A stretch of DNA of 64,000 bases. Origin: Candidatus Bathyarchaeia archaeon. Lineage in GTDB: Archaea; Thermoproteota; Bathyarchaeia; 40CM-2-53-6. A program made the translations under genes and the position numbers. The DNA lies in contig JBEKVV010000001.1 of NCBI GenBank assembly GCA_049513715.1, positions 768,001 to 832,000 of the forward strand. Reading direction: 5' to 3'. Positions 1 through 10,102 of the stretch are shown piece after piece. The notes beneath the pieces were generated by a model, which made no database searches, had not been told where the DNA came from, and saw only the letters and a list, made by a program, of their open reading frames with translations. The number at the start of each line of letters is the position of its first letter. Positions within the stretch are counted from its first letter, which is position 1.

Positions 1-24
1 GTTAACGAGGGCGACCGTCTTGCT

Positions 25-534
25 TCACCTATCCACCTTTGCTAGGATCAAGGCTCCGAGCAACGCCGATGAGAGTAGCAATGCAAGTATGATGAGTGGC
101 ACAGGATATAGAGTGGCCAGGACCGGGCCTAAGCTCGAAACGGGCAGGTCCGCGGGTTGTGGTTCAGCAGGCAAGTTCGGCCCTACCAAAGCGGCTACGC
201 CCGCGATTCCAATCGCAAGTAACCCAGCAAGCCAGAGCCCAACGGTGCCTTCACCGCCCTCACCTCGATCAGTCATCTCGTCAAGTGACCCTCTCCGGAC
301 GAGCATTATTGTGAAAAGAATCAGAACAACAACTGCTCCCACATAGATTGCTATTTGGAGCATCGCAAGGTATGGTGCGTCGAGAAACACGAAGAACCCG
401 GCGATTCCGATGAAACTTATCGCGAGTGCGACAGCGCCGTAGATCAGCTCCTTCGCCTGCAGTGCCAAGATCGAACCAATGATCGTCACAGCGGCCAAGA
501 TGACGAAGATTAGATCAGGCGGAACCAGGTCCAT
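25..534 (-). CDS. nuoJ: NADH-quinone oxidoreductase-like subunit J
   Basis: Hydrophobic ORF with the NuoJ motif AMLQIAIYVGAVVVLILF; follows nuoH; ATG at 534 chosen as start. Confidence 0.9.
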   Translation of the reverse strand: MDLVPPDLIFVILAAVTIIGSILALQAKELIYGAVALAISFIGIAGFFVFLDAPYLAMLQIAIYVGAVVVLILFTIMLVRRGSLDEMTDRGEGGEGTVGLWLAGLLAIGIAGVAALVGPNLPAEPQPADLPVSSLGPVLATLYPVPLIILALLLSSALLGALILAKVDR

Positions 535-535
535 T

Positions 536-1567
536 TCACAAACCCCAAGGAGCCAATATTCCACTGCTCAGAAGGATTACGGTGACGAAAAGGTTCGCTA
601 GTGCGATGATCAGCAATCTACTCCAACCCACCTTGATCAGCATGTCAACTCTAATTCGTGGATAAACGCCTCGAGGAATTATGATCAGCGTAGTGACAAA
701 GATGGTCTTGATGATGAACCAGACGGGTTGGGGTAGAAAGGCAGGCCCCCACCACCCTCCAAGGAACAGAACGGTGACGAGGGATGACATCAAATAGAGT
801 TTCATGTACAGCCCTAAGAATAGCAACATGAAAATTGCGCCGCTTGATTCGGTTTGCCATCCAGCCACGAGTTCGGGCTCGGCCACGGGAAGGTCAAACG
901 GAAGACGCTCAAGTTCAGCCATTATTGAAATGAAAAAGACGACACAGGAAAGGAAGGCAGGTATGATAAACCAGAGTTTTGCTTGAGCGTTCACAATGTC
1001 GACCAAGCTGAGCGACCCCGCGAGCATCACAACGCTCAGAGTGGCAATCCACATTGGAATCTCGTACGCCACTTGCTGGAACAGGGAGCGAAGGCCTCCG
1101 AGGAACGGGTATTTGCTGTTGCTGGCCCACGCGAAGAGCAGGATCATGGCAGGGAACACTGAGGTCACAGCAAACACGAAAACGATGCCAACATCTAGGT
1201 TCGCGATGACCCAGTTTTGGCCGAAAGGAACCACTGCGAAAGGTAACGCAGCTAGGAAGACAAGGGCCAATGGAATGCCGAGAAAGAGTGGCTTGTCGGC
1301 CTTGTAAGGAACCATCACTTCTTTGAAGATTAGTTTCACGCCATCTGCTATCGGCTGGAGAATTCCCCACGGGCCGCCAGCGTACAGTGGCCCAATTCTT
1401 AGTTGAATTCGAGCGAGAATCTTCCGCTCATACCAAGTCAGAAACATCGTAATCAGCATCAAGTGAATGAAACCCGGAAAGAAGACGATAGTGATGAATG
1501 CGTGTGAGGTTATGATTGCGATTATGAATGGGAGGACATCGGCGGGCGTTGTGGGGAGCGCGACCAA
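536..1567 (-). CDS. nuoH: NADH-quinone oxidoreductase-like subunit H
   Basis: NuoH motifs ERKILARIQLRIGP, GILQPIADGVKL, RLPFDLPVAEPELVAGW. Confidence 0.95.
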   Translation of the reverse strand: MVALPTTPADVLPFIIAIITSHAFITIVFFPGFIHLMLITMFLTWYERKILARIQLRIGPLYAGGPWGILQPIADGVKLIFKEVMVPYKADKPLFLGIPLALVFLAALPFAVVPFGQNWVIANLDVGIVFVFAVTSVFPAMILLFAWASNSKYPFLGGLRSLFQQVAYEIPMWIATLSVVMLAGSLSLVDIVNAQAKLWFIIPAFLSCVVFFISIMAELERLPFDLPVAEPELVAGWQTESSGAIFMLLFLGLYMKLYLMSSLVTVLFLGGWWGPAFLPQPVWFIIKTIFVTTLIIIPRGVYPRIRVDMLIKVGWSRLLIIALANLFVTVILLSSGILAPWGL

Positions 1568-1568
1568 G

Positions 1569-1931
1569 TCACCAATTCTCCCTTTGCAGCGCCAGGTGCA
1601 ACGCGTACCCTAATGGTGCCCCAAGCAGAACGACGAATAGGAGAACATAGATGGACTCGCTTAGCGGTATCGCAGTGAAGCTGATGCCCCAAGCAAAGAG
1701 GAACATTCCGACAACGTCAAAAACAACAAACATGAGAAGGAATGGGTAATATTGCATCACCAGCCTCGTTCTCGCCTCACCTTGCGGAACCTGCCCAGAT
1801 TCAAAGGGCATGTCGCGGAATGGGTCAGGTTTCTTGCGGGACCAAAATATGGGCAAGGTCAGCAGAGGGCCAGTAAGGAGAAGGATAAGAACGCCCCAGA
1901 TTGTGATTGCCAACCAAGGGTTAAGTGCCAT
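1569..1931 (-). CDS. nuoA: NADH-quinone oxidoreductase-like subunit A
   Basis: PFESG and QYYPFLLMFVVFDV motifs, three predicted TM helices. Confidence 0.92.
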   Translation of the reverse strand: MALNPWLAITIWGVLILLLTGPLLTLPIFWSRKKPDPFRDMPFESGQVPQGEARTRLVMQYYPFLLMFVVFDVVGMFLFAWGISFTAIPLSESIYVLLFVVLLGAPLGYALHLALQRENW

Positions 1932-2139
1932 AATGAGTCACAACGTGAGACCGTGACGACTTCCCTGAGACTAAAACTACCGAATATAAATCATCCGTAA
2001 ACCTGAAGCCAACAAACCAGACTTCTTTCGACGACAAACACGTGACGAGCTGAGGTATTTTCTTAAGCAACCGAAGTATTACGCACCTTCGAAAACCGAA
2101 GCGCAATTCTGTCTGCAACCATTTGAGGCATGGATCAAA

Positions 2140-2292
2140 ATGGCATGGCACTCCGCTGGAACAACTCACTTCTGGTGCGCAAAGTGCAAAAAGCAGGTCG
2201 CGGCTGAGGCTGAGTTCGTATTCAAGGAAGGCAAAGTGCTTTGGAAATGGAAGTGCGGCACGTGCGGTACCGATTACCTGACCGATGCTTGA
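2140..2292 (+). CDS. small zinc-ribbon protein (50 aa)
   Basis: Read manually: MAWHSAGTTHFWCAKCKK...WKCGTCGTDYLTDA, two CxxC pairs; below the ORF-track cutoff. Confidence 0.65.
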   Translation: MAWHSAGTTHFWCAKCKKQVAAEAEFVFKEGKVLWKWKCGTCGTDYLTDA

Positions 2293-2299
2293 TTGGGGT

Positions 2300-3217
2300 C
2301 TAGAAGGTTCTCTCCAAAGAGTAGTCAGCGAATTCTTCGAGAAGTTTGCTCTTGCTTGGGTCGCGTAGGCCCTTCAACTCTCGCTTCGCCCTCTCTACAT
2401 GTTCTTTGGACTTCTTCAATGCGAACTCTACGGCCTTCTCTCTAAGAGCCGCCAGCTCCACCGACTTCTCCTTGTTGTTTTCAAGAATGGCGCTAACGCT
2501 TCCCCTCTTTGTTGCTTCATCTAGGTAATGCATCAAAACCAAGTTGATTCTGTCTTGCCTCTCTGGGTCGCCTGAAGTGTCTAAAACGTCGTCTTTGATT
2601 TGGAACGCGATCCCTACCGCCCTGCCATAGTTATAGAGGGAATCAACCTCTGGTGCTGTTGCCCCTCCAAGAACACCCCCAATGCCAGCGGCAGCGCTGA
2701 ACAGGGACCCTGTCTTCAAGTCCGCTATGGTCAGGTAGTTGTCGACGTCGATTGCGAGCTCAGTGATCACGTCCAATATCTCGCCCTTGCTAAGGTCGAC
2801 CAGGCCCCAGCCCGCCATTTTCGTTATCCGCGAATCTTTGTATTCGGAGAGTATTTGGACACCTTTTGAGGCAAGGAAGAGCCCAGCACTAATGGCCTTG
2901 TCGTCAGCGAACGCGTGTTGAGTGGTCGGGAAGTTGCGTCGCAACCTATGCTTGTCAATTAGGTCATCAAAAACCAACGAGGCCGCGTGGAGAAACTCCA
3001 TTGCCACCGCGGCGTCAAGCGCATGCTCTGTCTTTCCCCCCACACTGTCGGAGGCGAACAGAACGAGAATTGGCCGCAGCCTTTTCCCCCCGGTCTTGAA
3101 CGTGTACTTCACGAGTTCGTTGGCTTCGGTTTGTTCAAACCCCGTGGAAAGTAGCTCATCAATTCGCTTGTTAATCACTATGCGTTTCTGGTCGAGTAAC
3201 TCTCGAAAGTTGTTCAT
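2300..3217 (-). CDS. polyprenyl (probably geranylgeranyl) diphosphate synthase
   Basis: GGKRLRP, first Asp-rich motif DDLID followed by RR, KT motif, second motif FQIKDDVLD. Confidence 0.9.
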   Translation of the reverse strand: MNNFRELLDQKRIVINKRIDELLSTGFEQTEANELVKYTFKTGGKRLRPILVLFASDSVGGKTEHALDAAVAMEFLHAASLVFDDLIDKHRLRRNFPTTQHAFADDKAISAGLFLASKGVQILSEYKDSRITKMAGWGLVDLSKGEILDVITELAIDVDNYLTIADLKTGSLFSAAAGIGGVLGGATAPEVDSLYNYGRAVGIAFQIKDDVLDTSGDPERQDRINLVLMHYLDEATKRGSVSAILENNKEKSVELAALREKAVEFALKKSKEHVERAKRELKGLRDPSKSKLLEEFADYSLERTF

Positions 3218-3322
3218 TGCATTCCACAGGTTGGTATGTTGTTATGTTATGTTGGTATCGAATGATTGTATGACCCGTTATAAATGGTAGCTAGATTGTG
3301 CCAAGGCTGAGAGTATGTAATC

Positions 3323-4003
3323 TCACGTATATTTCAGAACGGCTTGGCAGAAATCCATCATCACATTTTCAGGCTTCGGCGCTTTTACTACACCACTTGC
3401 CACCAAGATTCCCTGCGCCCCCAGTTTGAGCGCAGCATAAACATCCTCCCCCGTGCTGATTCCTGCACCGCACAAGATCGTTGCATTTGGGTTGACTGAG
3501 CGGATCCTCTTCACGGAATCAGATATGACCTCAGGCCGCTCCTTTGAGACTGCGCGCCCGGACCCAATCAATTCGGGTGGCTCAATCGCCACCATGTCCG
3601 GCTCAGTCAATGCTACTGCTGCAGCAAGTTTGGCAGTTCCAGCACATATGACCGCCTGCAAGCCAACTTCATGAGCTCGCCTCACGCCAGACTCGATTTC
3701 GGACAGGCGCACGTTTCTTTCAGAATGATTAATCAGAGTTCCAGAGGCGCCTGCCGCTCTCACCGACTCCGCTAGCACGAATCCTGTGTAAGCGCCTGGG
3801 CTCACCGAATCGATATGCTGCGCAAAAACTGGAATATTCACACTGGTGGCTACTTGCTCTATGTCGCAAAACTGGGGCGCCACTCCCACTTTCACGCCAG
3901 TGTTGCGTCCAACTTCTTGTATTTTCTTGGAAAGGTCCACGGCGCGTTTACCAGTTGATTCCAGATAGGCTTTGAAGTTAACGAGGAGAAAAGGTTCGGA
4001 CAT
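3323..4003 (-). CDS. tpiA: triosephosphate isomerase, archaeal type
   Basis: NFKAY, NHSE, EPPELIGSG, GAGIS, ASGVVKA motifs. Confidence 0.96.
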   Translation of the reverse strand: MSEPFLLVNFKAYLESTGKRAVDLSKKIQEVGRNTGVKVGVAPQFCDIEQVATSVNIPVFAQHIDSVSPGAYTGFVLAESVRAAGASGTLINHSERNVRLSEIESGVRRAHEVGLQAVICAGTAKLAAAVALTEPDMVAIEPPELIGSGRAVSKERPEVISDSVKRIRSVNPNATILCGAGISTGEDVYAALKLGAQGILVASGVVKAPKPENVMMDFCQAVLKYT

Positions 4004-4162
4004 TGGATTTCTTGACAAGATTCGTCAACCGCCTAGATACAGAACACGTGTATGAAACTTTGGTGGCGAGACATGGCAGCGAAAACGGACAGGGGGGCTC
4101 GCTGGTAATACGACGGCATGATTAAATACCGACCGTCAAATACTCGCGGCCGGTATATCGAA

Positions 4163-5269
4163 TTGAGTTCACAAAAAGTAACAGTCTCCGTTATCAAAGC
4201 CGACGTAGGCTCCTACCCAGGCCACGGCACAGTTCATCCCAAGCAATTGGAACTTGCAAATACATGCTTGGACAAGGCGAGGAAAGAAGGCCTAATCGTC
4301 GACTTTTTTGTGACGCATGCTGGCGACGACATTGAACTCATCATGTCCCACCGCAAAGGTGAGAACAACACGAAAGTTCACGAGTTGGCGTGGAACACTT
4401 TCAAAGAGATAACCGACAAAGTCTCCAAACCCATGAAACTCTACGGCGCTGGACAGGACCTTCTTGCCGATTCCTTCTCAGGAAATGTGAAGGGAATGGG
4501 CCCTGGAGTCGCGGAACTTGAATTCGAAGAGAGACAAAGCGACCCCCTCCTTGTGTTCATGGCAGACAAAACTGAACCCGGAGCTTGGAACCTTCCACTG
4601 TTCCGGATTTTCGGAGACCCGTTCAACACGGCCGGGCTGATCATTGATCCTGCTCTCCACTCTGGTTTCACATTCCAAATCCTTGACGTGATGAAGGACC
4701 AGACCGTCAGCCTGAAATGCCCTGCAGAAACCTACGACCTGCTCGCCTTGATTGGGACCTCCTCACGCTACGTGATATCCAAGATCTACCGAAACGACGG
4801 CATGCCAGCAGCAGCCGCAAGCACCACCCGCCTATCACTCATCGCCGGCAGGTACGTTGGCAAGGATGACCCCGTCTGCATGGTCCGAGCCCAGCACGGC
4901 TTACCCGCAGTTGGTGAAGTGCTGGAACCCTTTGCTTTCCCACACCTTGTGGCCGGATGGATGCGTGGATCCCACGTAGGGCCATTGATGCCCGTCAGCT
5001 TGGCAGACACACAAAACCGCGTAACTCGATTCGATGGGCCACCACGCGTGGTCTGTGCTGGATTTCAAGTTTCAGATGCGAAGCTGATTGGGCCAGCGGA
5101 TATTTTCGGTGACCCTGCGTATGATCGTACACGACAAATGGCCAGTGAGATCGCTGACTACATGCGCCGACATGGACCTTTCATGCCACACCGCCTGGGG
5201 CCTGAGGAGATGGAGTACACAACCCTCCCCGAGGTTCTGGAGAAACTGAAGGGCAGGTTCAAGAAATAA
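4163..5269 (+). CDS. fbp: bifunctional fructose-1,6-bisphosphate aldolase/phosphatase
   Basis: SVIKADVGSYPGH, YGAGQDLL, YVGKDDP, GWMRGSH, EYTTLP motifs; TTG 4163 taken as start. Confidence 0.96.
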   Translation: MSSQKVTVSVIKADVGSYPGHGTVHPKQLELANTCLDKARKEGLIVDFFVTHAGDDIELIMSHRKGENNTKVHELAWNTFKEITDKVSKPMKLYGAGQDLLADSFSGNVKGMGPGVAELEFEERQSDPLLVFMADKTEPGAWNLPLFRIFGDPFNTAGLIIDPALHSGFTFQILDVMKDQTVSLKCPAETYDLLALIGTSSRYVISKIYRNDGMPAAAASTTRLSLIAGRYVGKDDPVCMVRAQHGLPAVGEVLEPFAFPHLVAGWMRGSHVGPLMPVSLADTQNRVTRFDGPPRVVCAGFQVSDAKLIGPADIFGDPAYDRTRQMASEIADYMRRHGPFMPHRLGPEEMEYTTLPEVLEKLKGRFKK

Positions 5270-5294
5270 TCCATTGAGCAATTGACTGCAACGC

Positions 5295-5738
5295 CTAAGG
5301 AGAACCTTTGCTGCGTGCAGCATGCTCGACCATGATACATCGGTCCATAACCACATCCATTCCCTCGGCTCTTGCTTTTTGGGCAGCGGCATCGTTCACG
5401 ATTCCCAGCTGCATCCAAACGGCCGTAGGCCGCCCCAGTTTCCTGTGAATCTCCAGCGCCTCGTCAACAATTGGTGGAATATCCTCAGACCGCCTGAAAA
5501 TGTCCACCACATCCAACTCTCTCTTCAGTTCATCTGGAATATCTGTAAGGGACTTGTAGGATTTCGCGCCCAAGACTTCGTCGACCGTTGGGTTCACTGG
5601 CACGATGCGGTACCCCTGTGCTTTCAGGTACTTGGCCACGCCGTGACTGGCCTTCGCAGGATCCTTAGAGAGCCCGACAACTGCAATTGTCCGCCCTTTC
5701 AGAACACGCGTTATGATGGCCTCTTCGTCAGGTTGCAT
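5295..5738 (-). CDS. CoA-binding protein (YccU-like)
   Basis: IAVVGLS, PVNP, DVVDIFR, VWMQLG, VVMDRC motifs. Confidence 0.9.
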   Translation of the reverse strand: MQPDEEAIITRVLKGRTIAVVGLSKDPAKASHGVAKYLKAQGYRIVPVNPTVDEVLGAKSYKSLTDIPDELKRELDVVDIFRRSEDIPPIVDEALEIHRKLGRPTAVWMQLGIVNDAAAQKARAEGMDVVMDRCIMVEHAARSKGSP

Positions 5739-5840
5739 GATGATCTAGCTCAAGCACTCGTTGGGTTGCAGATTAATTCATCTTTGAAATTCACCAAAAT
5801 TCATTAAATTCGCTGCCCGAACCAAGTCAGGCGATGTCAT

Positions 5841-6773
5841 TTGCCGATTAAAGTACTCGTTTGCGACCCAATCCACCCTGACGGGGTGGCGATGTTGAAG
5901 AAGGCCGGTTTCGAAGTTGAAGAGAACAAGACTCTGACCCCTGAGCAACTCGAAAAGCGTATCGCTGAGTTCGATGGCGTCGTTGTTCGAGGCCGAACCA
6001 AGATCACTGCATCAATCATCAACGCCGGCAGCAAGCTTCGGGCAGTTGCAAGATCAGGCGTGGGCCTTGACAATATCGATTTGGAAGCTGCCCGGAAGAA
6101 GTCGGTTAAAGTCATCTCGACCCCAGCAGCACCCACAACCAGCGTCGCCGAGCTAGCGATAGGCCTCATGCTATCCGTTCTGAGAAGAGTGTCGTACGCG
6201 GACAGCGCAATGAAAGGCGGAAAATGGGTAAAAACCGAACTGATGGGTACAGAGTTGAAATCCAAAACAATCGGCGTCATAGGCGCAGCCGGACGAATTG
6301 GCTTAGAAGTAGCCCGGATAGCCGTCCAAGGGTTCGGTGCCAAAGTCATCGGTTACGATGTTGTCGAGTACGCCGACAAAGCGAAGCAAGTAGGTTTCCG
6401 CACGGTCGACAAACTTACAGACCTTCTCAAAGAATCAGACATAGTCTCAATCCACGTACCATACATGCCCGCCACGAAACACCTCATCGACGAGAAGACG
6501 ATGGCCGGCATGAAGAACGGAGCAATCCTGGTGAACACGTCACGGGGTGATATTGTCGACGGTGAAGCGCTCCTACGAGCCCTCAAGTCAGGGAAGCTAG
6601 CAGCCGCAGGCCTAGACGTATTCCACAAGGAACCCCCAGTCGATGAGTGGGAAAAAGAGCTCAGCAAACTGGCAAACACTGTATGCACCCCACACATAGG
6701 CGCTCAAACAAGCGAGTGCCAACGCCTTGAGAGCACTCAGGTGGCGGAACAACTAATCGCCGCCTTGAAGTGA
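5841..6773 (+). CDS. D-3-phosphoglycerate / D-2-hydroxyacid dehydrogenase (no ACT domain)
   Basis: RSGVGLDNID, SVAE, NTSRG, GLDVF..EP, TPHIGAQT. Confidence 0.9.
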   Translation: MPIKVLVCDPIHPDGVAMLKKAGFEVEENKTLTPEQLEKRIAEFDGVVVRGRTKITASIINAGSKLRAVARSGVGLDNIDLEAARKKSVKVISTPAAPTTSVAELAIGLMLSVLRRVSYADSAMKGGKWVKTELMGTELKSKTIGVIGAAGRIGLEVARIAVQGFGAKVIGYDVVEYADKAKQVGFRTVDKLTDLLKESDIVSIHVPYMPATKHLIDEKTMAGMKNGAILVNTSRGDIVDGEALLRALKSGKLAAAGLDVFHKEPPVDEWEKELSKLANTVCTPHIGAQTSECQRLESTQVAEQLIAALK

Positions 6774-6780
6774 CGAGTGA

Positions 6781-7110
6781 GTGGAAATGAGTATCACCTT
6801 CCAAGATTTCGAGAAACTATCCTTCAAAGTGGGGAAGATCAGCGCGGCAGAGAGAATCCCTGGCATGAAGAAGATCCTGAAGGTTCAGGTGGATTTAGGC
6901 GATAATGTAGCCCAAGCAATAGCTGGAGGCGCTGAGTACTACCCGCCTGAAAGTTTCGTTGGAAAGCGCGTTGTCGTCCTCACGAACATGGAAGCCAAGA
7001 CGATTGCAGGCATCAGATCAGAGGTCATGCTGCTCGCCGCGGATGTGCAGGGCAAACCGGTTTGGATTACGGTGGAGGGAGATGTTCCGCCAGGTACGAA
7101 GGTTCGCTAG
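6781..7110 (+). CDS. tRNA-binding OB-fold protein (CsaA / MetRS C-terminal type)
   Basis: ITFQDFEKL.FKVGKI, TNMEAKTIAGIRSEVMLL, PPGTKV. Confidence 0.88.
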   Translation: MEMSITFQDFEKLSFKVGKISAAERIPGMKKILKVQVDLGDNVAQAIAGGAEYYPPESFVGKRVVVLTNMEAKTIAGIRSEVMLLAADVQGKPVWITVEGDVPPGTKVR

Positions 7111-7215
7111 CCCATGCAAAGATTCCATGCACGCCACTGGTTTGTAATCTCCGTACTCTATGAACTAAGGAATCATATTCTACTTGCTGGTTCAAGACCA
7201 TAGGATGATTAGATT

Positions 7216-8427
7216 TTGGATTTCAGACTTACCCCCGAACAAGAGCTCTTTAAGAAAACCGTAAGAGCGTTCGCCGAGGAGAAATTATTCCCTCGGTCTA
7301 GAGACATAGATGAGAAAGCCGCAGGCATCCCTGAGGACATTGTCAAAGAAATGGTTGAGCTAGGAATTTTCGGTATCACAATACCTGAAGAATACGGAGG
7401 CTCAGCCAGCCCAGGCGAAGAGATGGTCTATGCCACACTCGCGGTTCACGAGATTGCCCGAGGTGAACTATCGATGTCTCTGCCAGTCTATACGTTACTC
7501 AACCTCGGCTGGAGCCGCCTCATCGCTAAACACGGCTCCGAAGAACTGAAGAAAGAACTGCTTCCGAACGTCGCCTCCGGAAAATGGTTCATTGGAATCT
7601 GCACAACAGAAGCAGGAGGTGGCTCGGACTTGGCGAACGTCAAGACGACCGCCAAGAAAGCGGGCAACGAATACGTGATCAATGGAGAGAAGACGTACAT
7701 TAGTGGCGTCGTCGAGGCAACCAAAATGGGAGGGGGACACCTCACCCTGTTTCGAACAGCCCCTGAACTTGGCAACAAGGGCATGACATTCGCCTACGTC
7801 CCCGCCAAGCTTCCAGGCATGTCGTACACTGTATTCCATGACATGGGCCGTATGGGGCTCTCCACAGGTGGCTTCACATACAAGGACGTGAAGATTCCAA
7901 CAAAGTACGTTTTGGGCCAAGAGAACAAGGGATTCTACGTGAACATGGAAGGCTTCAACGTAGCCCGAACCCTCGTTGCAAGCGCATGCCTCGGTGGAGC
8001 CGAGAAGTGCCTCGAACTTGGAGCGGACTATGTGAAACGCCGCGTGCTTTTCGGACGACCACTTGCGAAGTTCGAAGGGATCTCATTCGAGATAGCCGAA
8101 GATCTTGCGGAACTCGAGATGCTCAAGAGCTTCCTTGTGAGAGGAGCTTGGATGCTTGACCAACACTACAAGGATGGAAGCTTCAGCAACAAGGAGATCA
8201 ACCAAGCAATCGCCATATGCAAGTTGAGAGCGCCTTTGATGAGCCTTGACATTGTGAAACATGCGATGATGTACCACGGAGCTCTTGGCTACAGCAAAGA
8301 AAGCCCATTAGAGATGTGCATGCGGGGGCTCATGTCCTACGTCGTCGGAGCGGAAGGAGGAGCCAACATAATGAAAATAATAATCGCCAGAGAACTCATG
8401 GGAGACGTAGCAATCCCGTACAAGTAG
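7216..8427 (+). CDS. acyl-CoA dehydrogenase
   Basis: IPEEYGG, TEAGGGSD, NGEKTYIS, R.LFGRPL, HGALGY motifs. Confidence 0.93.
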   Translation: MDFRLTPEQELFKKTVRAFAEEKLFPRSRDIDEKAAGIPEDIVKEMVELGIFGITIPEEYGGSASPGEEMVYATLAVHEIARGELSMSLPVYTLLNLGWSRLIAKHGSEELKKELLPNVASGKWFIGICTTEAGGGSDLANVKTTAKKAGNEYVINGEKTYISGVVEATKMGGGHLTLFRTAPELGNKGMTFAYVPAKLPGMSYTVFHDMGRMGLSTGGFTYKDVKIPTKYVLGQENKGFYVNMEGFNVARTLVASACLGGAEKCLELGADYVKRRVLFGRPLAKFEGISFEIAEDLAELEMLKSFLVRGAWMLDQHYKDGSFSNKEINQAIAICKLRAPLMSLDIVKHAMMYHGALGYSKESPLEMCMRGLMSYVVGAEGGANIMKIIIARELMGDVAIPYK

Positions 8428-8501
8428 CTCAAAACGAGACTCTCTTTCGCGGAATCGGAGATGAATAGCGAATAGGCGCATAGCCGACCTGGGGATCGCA
8501 C

Positions 8502-9791
8502 GTGGAAAGAGTTGACGTCGCTGTTGTAGGGGCAGGACTAGCCGGCTTATCCTGCGCTTACACTTTGGCGAAAGCAGGCCTAGATGTTCTGGTTGTTGAG
8601 CGAGGCGACTATCCGGGCAGCAAGAATGTCACGGGGGGCAGGTTATACATGAACCCTGTCCGACAGTATCTTCCTGGGATTTGGCAGGACGCACCCTTTG
8701 AGCGGCACGTCACCAAAGAACGGTTGTCTATGTTGTCTGATGACACTGCAATTACGATGGAGCTGAGGCCAGAGGCGTACAACAAGGAGCCGTATCACAG
8801 CTATACACTCCTCCGACCTACCTTCGACAAGTGGCTCGCAGACAAGGCGACAGCGTCAGGTGCAGCCATAGTTTCAAAGTACAAAGTCGAGGGTCTAATG
8901 CGCGAGGGCGGCAAGGTCGCAGGGATCAAGGCTGAGGGCGAAGATATTGCTGCCAACGTAGTGGTCGCCGCAGATGGAGCCATGTCATTCACTGCTCAAG
9001 AAGCCGGACTTCGATCCAGACACAACCCGGAGCACTTCGCCGTAGGAGTCAAGGAAACCATCGAATTGCCAAGGAAGGTGCTGGAAGACAGGTTCAACCT
9101 GCGCGGCGAAGAGGGAGCAGCCCAGCTTTACTTCGGGAGTGTTACGAAGGGCATGACGGGTGGAGGGTTTCTCTACACGAACCGAGAGAGTATCTCGCTC
9201 GGAATCGTAGTCAGTATCGGGGCCCTGATGGCGAACCCAGCACAGCCTGAGACATTTCAGTTGATGGAGGAGTTTAAGCATCGGCCGGAAGTTTCAGCGC
9301 TCATCGAGGGCGGAGAGACAGTCGAATACTCGGCTCACACAATTCCCGAAGGGGGCATCGAATCTGTACCCACCCTGTACTCGGATGGGATCCTCGTTGT
9401 CGGTGATGCGGCCGGGTTCGCGTTGAACATGGGAATGATTGTGAGAGGCATGGACCTGGCTATTGCGTCAGGAGCGATGGCGGCTGAAACAATTAAGACA
9501 GCCAAGGCCGGAAACGATTTTTCCGCAGCGTCTTTGGCTTCTTACGAGGCGAGGCTGAACAACTCTTTCGTATTGAAAGACCTACGAACCTTCAAGAATG
9601 TTTGGAAAGTGCTGAACAACCCAAGGCTCTTCGATAAATACCCTCGCCTGGTTGCTTCACTCTTCACGGAGCTTATGCACATTGGGCCTGAACCCAAACC
9701 GAAATTTTCAACAACCGTTCTGCAGCAGGTCAGAAAGAACTTTCTTAATCTGACAACTTTGAAGGACATGCTGGGTCTACTCAAAATATAG
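8502..9791 (+). CDS. fixC: FixC-like ETF-quinone oxidoreductase flavoprotein
   Basis: GAGLAG, ERGDYPGSKNVTGG, GGGFLYTN, VGDAAG; precedes fixX. Confidence 0.92.
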   Translation: MERVDVAVVGAGLAGLSCAYTLAKAGLDVLVVERGDYPGSKNVTGGRLYMNPVRQYLPGIWQDAPFERHVTKERLSMLSDDTAITMELRPEAYNKEPYHSYTLLRPTFDKWLADKATASGAAIVSKYKVEGLMREGGKVAGIKAEGEDIAANVVVAADGAMSFTAQEAGLRSRHNPEHFAVGVKETIELPRKVLEDRFNLRGEEGAAQLYFGSVTKGMTGGGFLYTNRESISLGIVVSIGALMANPAQPETFQLMEEFKHRPEVSALIEGGETVEYSAHTIPEGGIESVPTLYSDGILVVGDAAGFALNMGMIVRGMDLAIASGAMAAETIKTAKAGNDFSAASLASYEARLNNSFVLKDLRTFKNVWKVLNNPRLFDKYPRLVASLFTELMHIGPEPKPKFSTTVLQQVRKNFLNLTTLKDMLGLLKI

Positions 9792-10079
9792 ATGGCTTGG
9801 GCGTTGAAAGTAGAAGAAAAGCTTGGGAAGAACGTTTTCAAAGTCGACAAAGAAGGCCATATCAAAATAAACAGAGAAGTGTGTCGCTCCAAATGCCAGC
9901 CCAAGTACTGCCTCCATGTCTGCCCAGCAAAAGTTTACTCGCTCGATAAACAAGGTGACATACTGCCAAACCCAGACGGTTGCCTGGAATGTGGGGCGTG
10001 CGTGATCGCATGCCTCGAAGAGGCTCTAAGTTGGCACTACCCGAAGGCAGGGTATGGGGTTCAGTATCGGTTCAGCTGA
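9792..10079 (+). CDS. fixX: FixX-like ferredoxin
   Basis: C..VCPA, CLECGAC, WHYPKAGYGVQYRF. Confidence 0.92.
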   Translation: MAWALKVEEKLGKNVFKVDKEGHIKINREVCRSKCQPKYCLHVCPAKVYSLDKQGDILPNPDGCLECGACVIACLEEALSWHYPKAGYGVQYRFS

Positions 10080-10102
10080 AAAGAAAAATGAGGTGAAATG
10101 AA

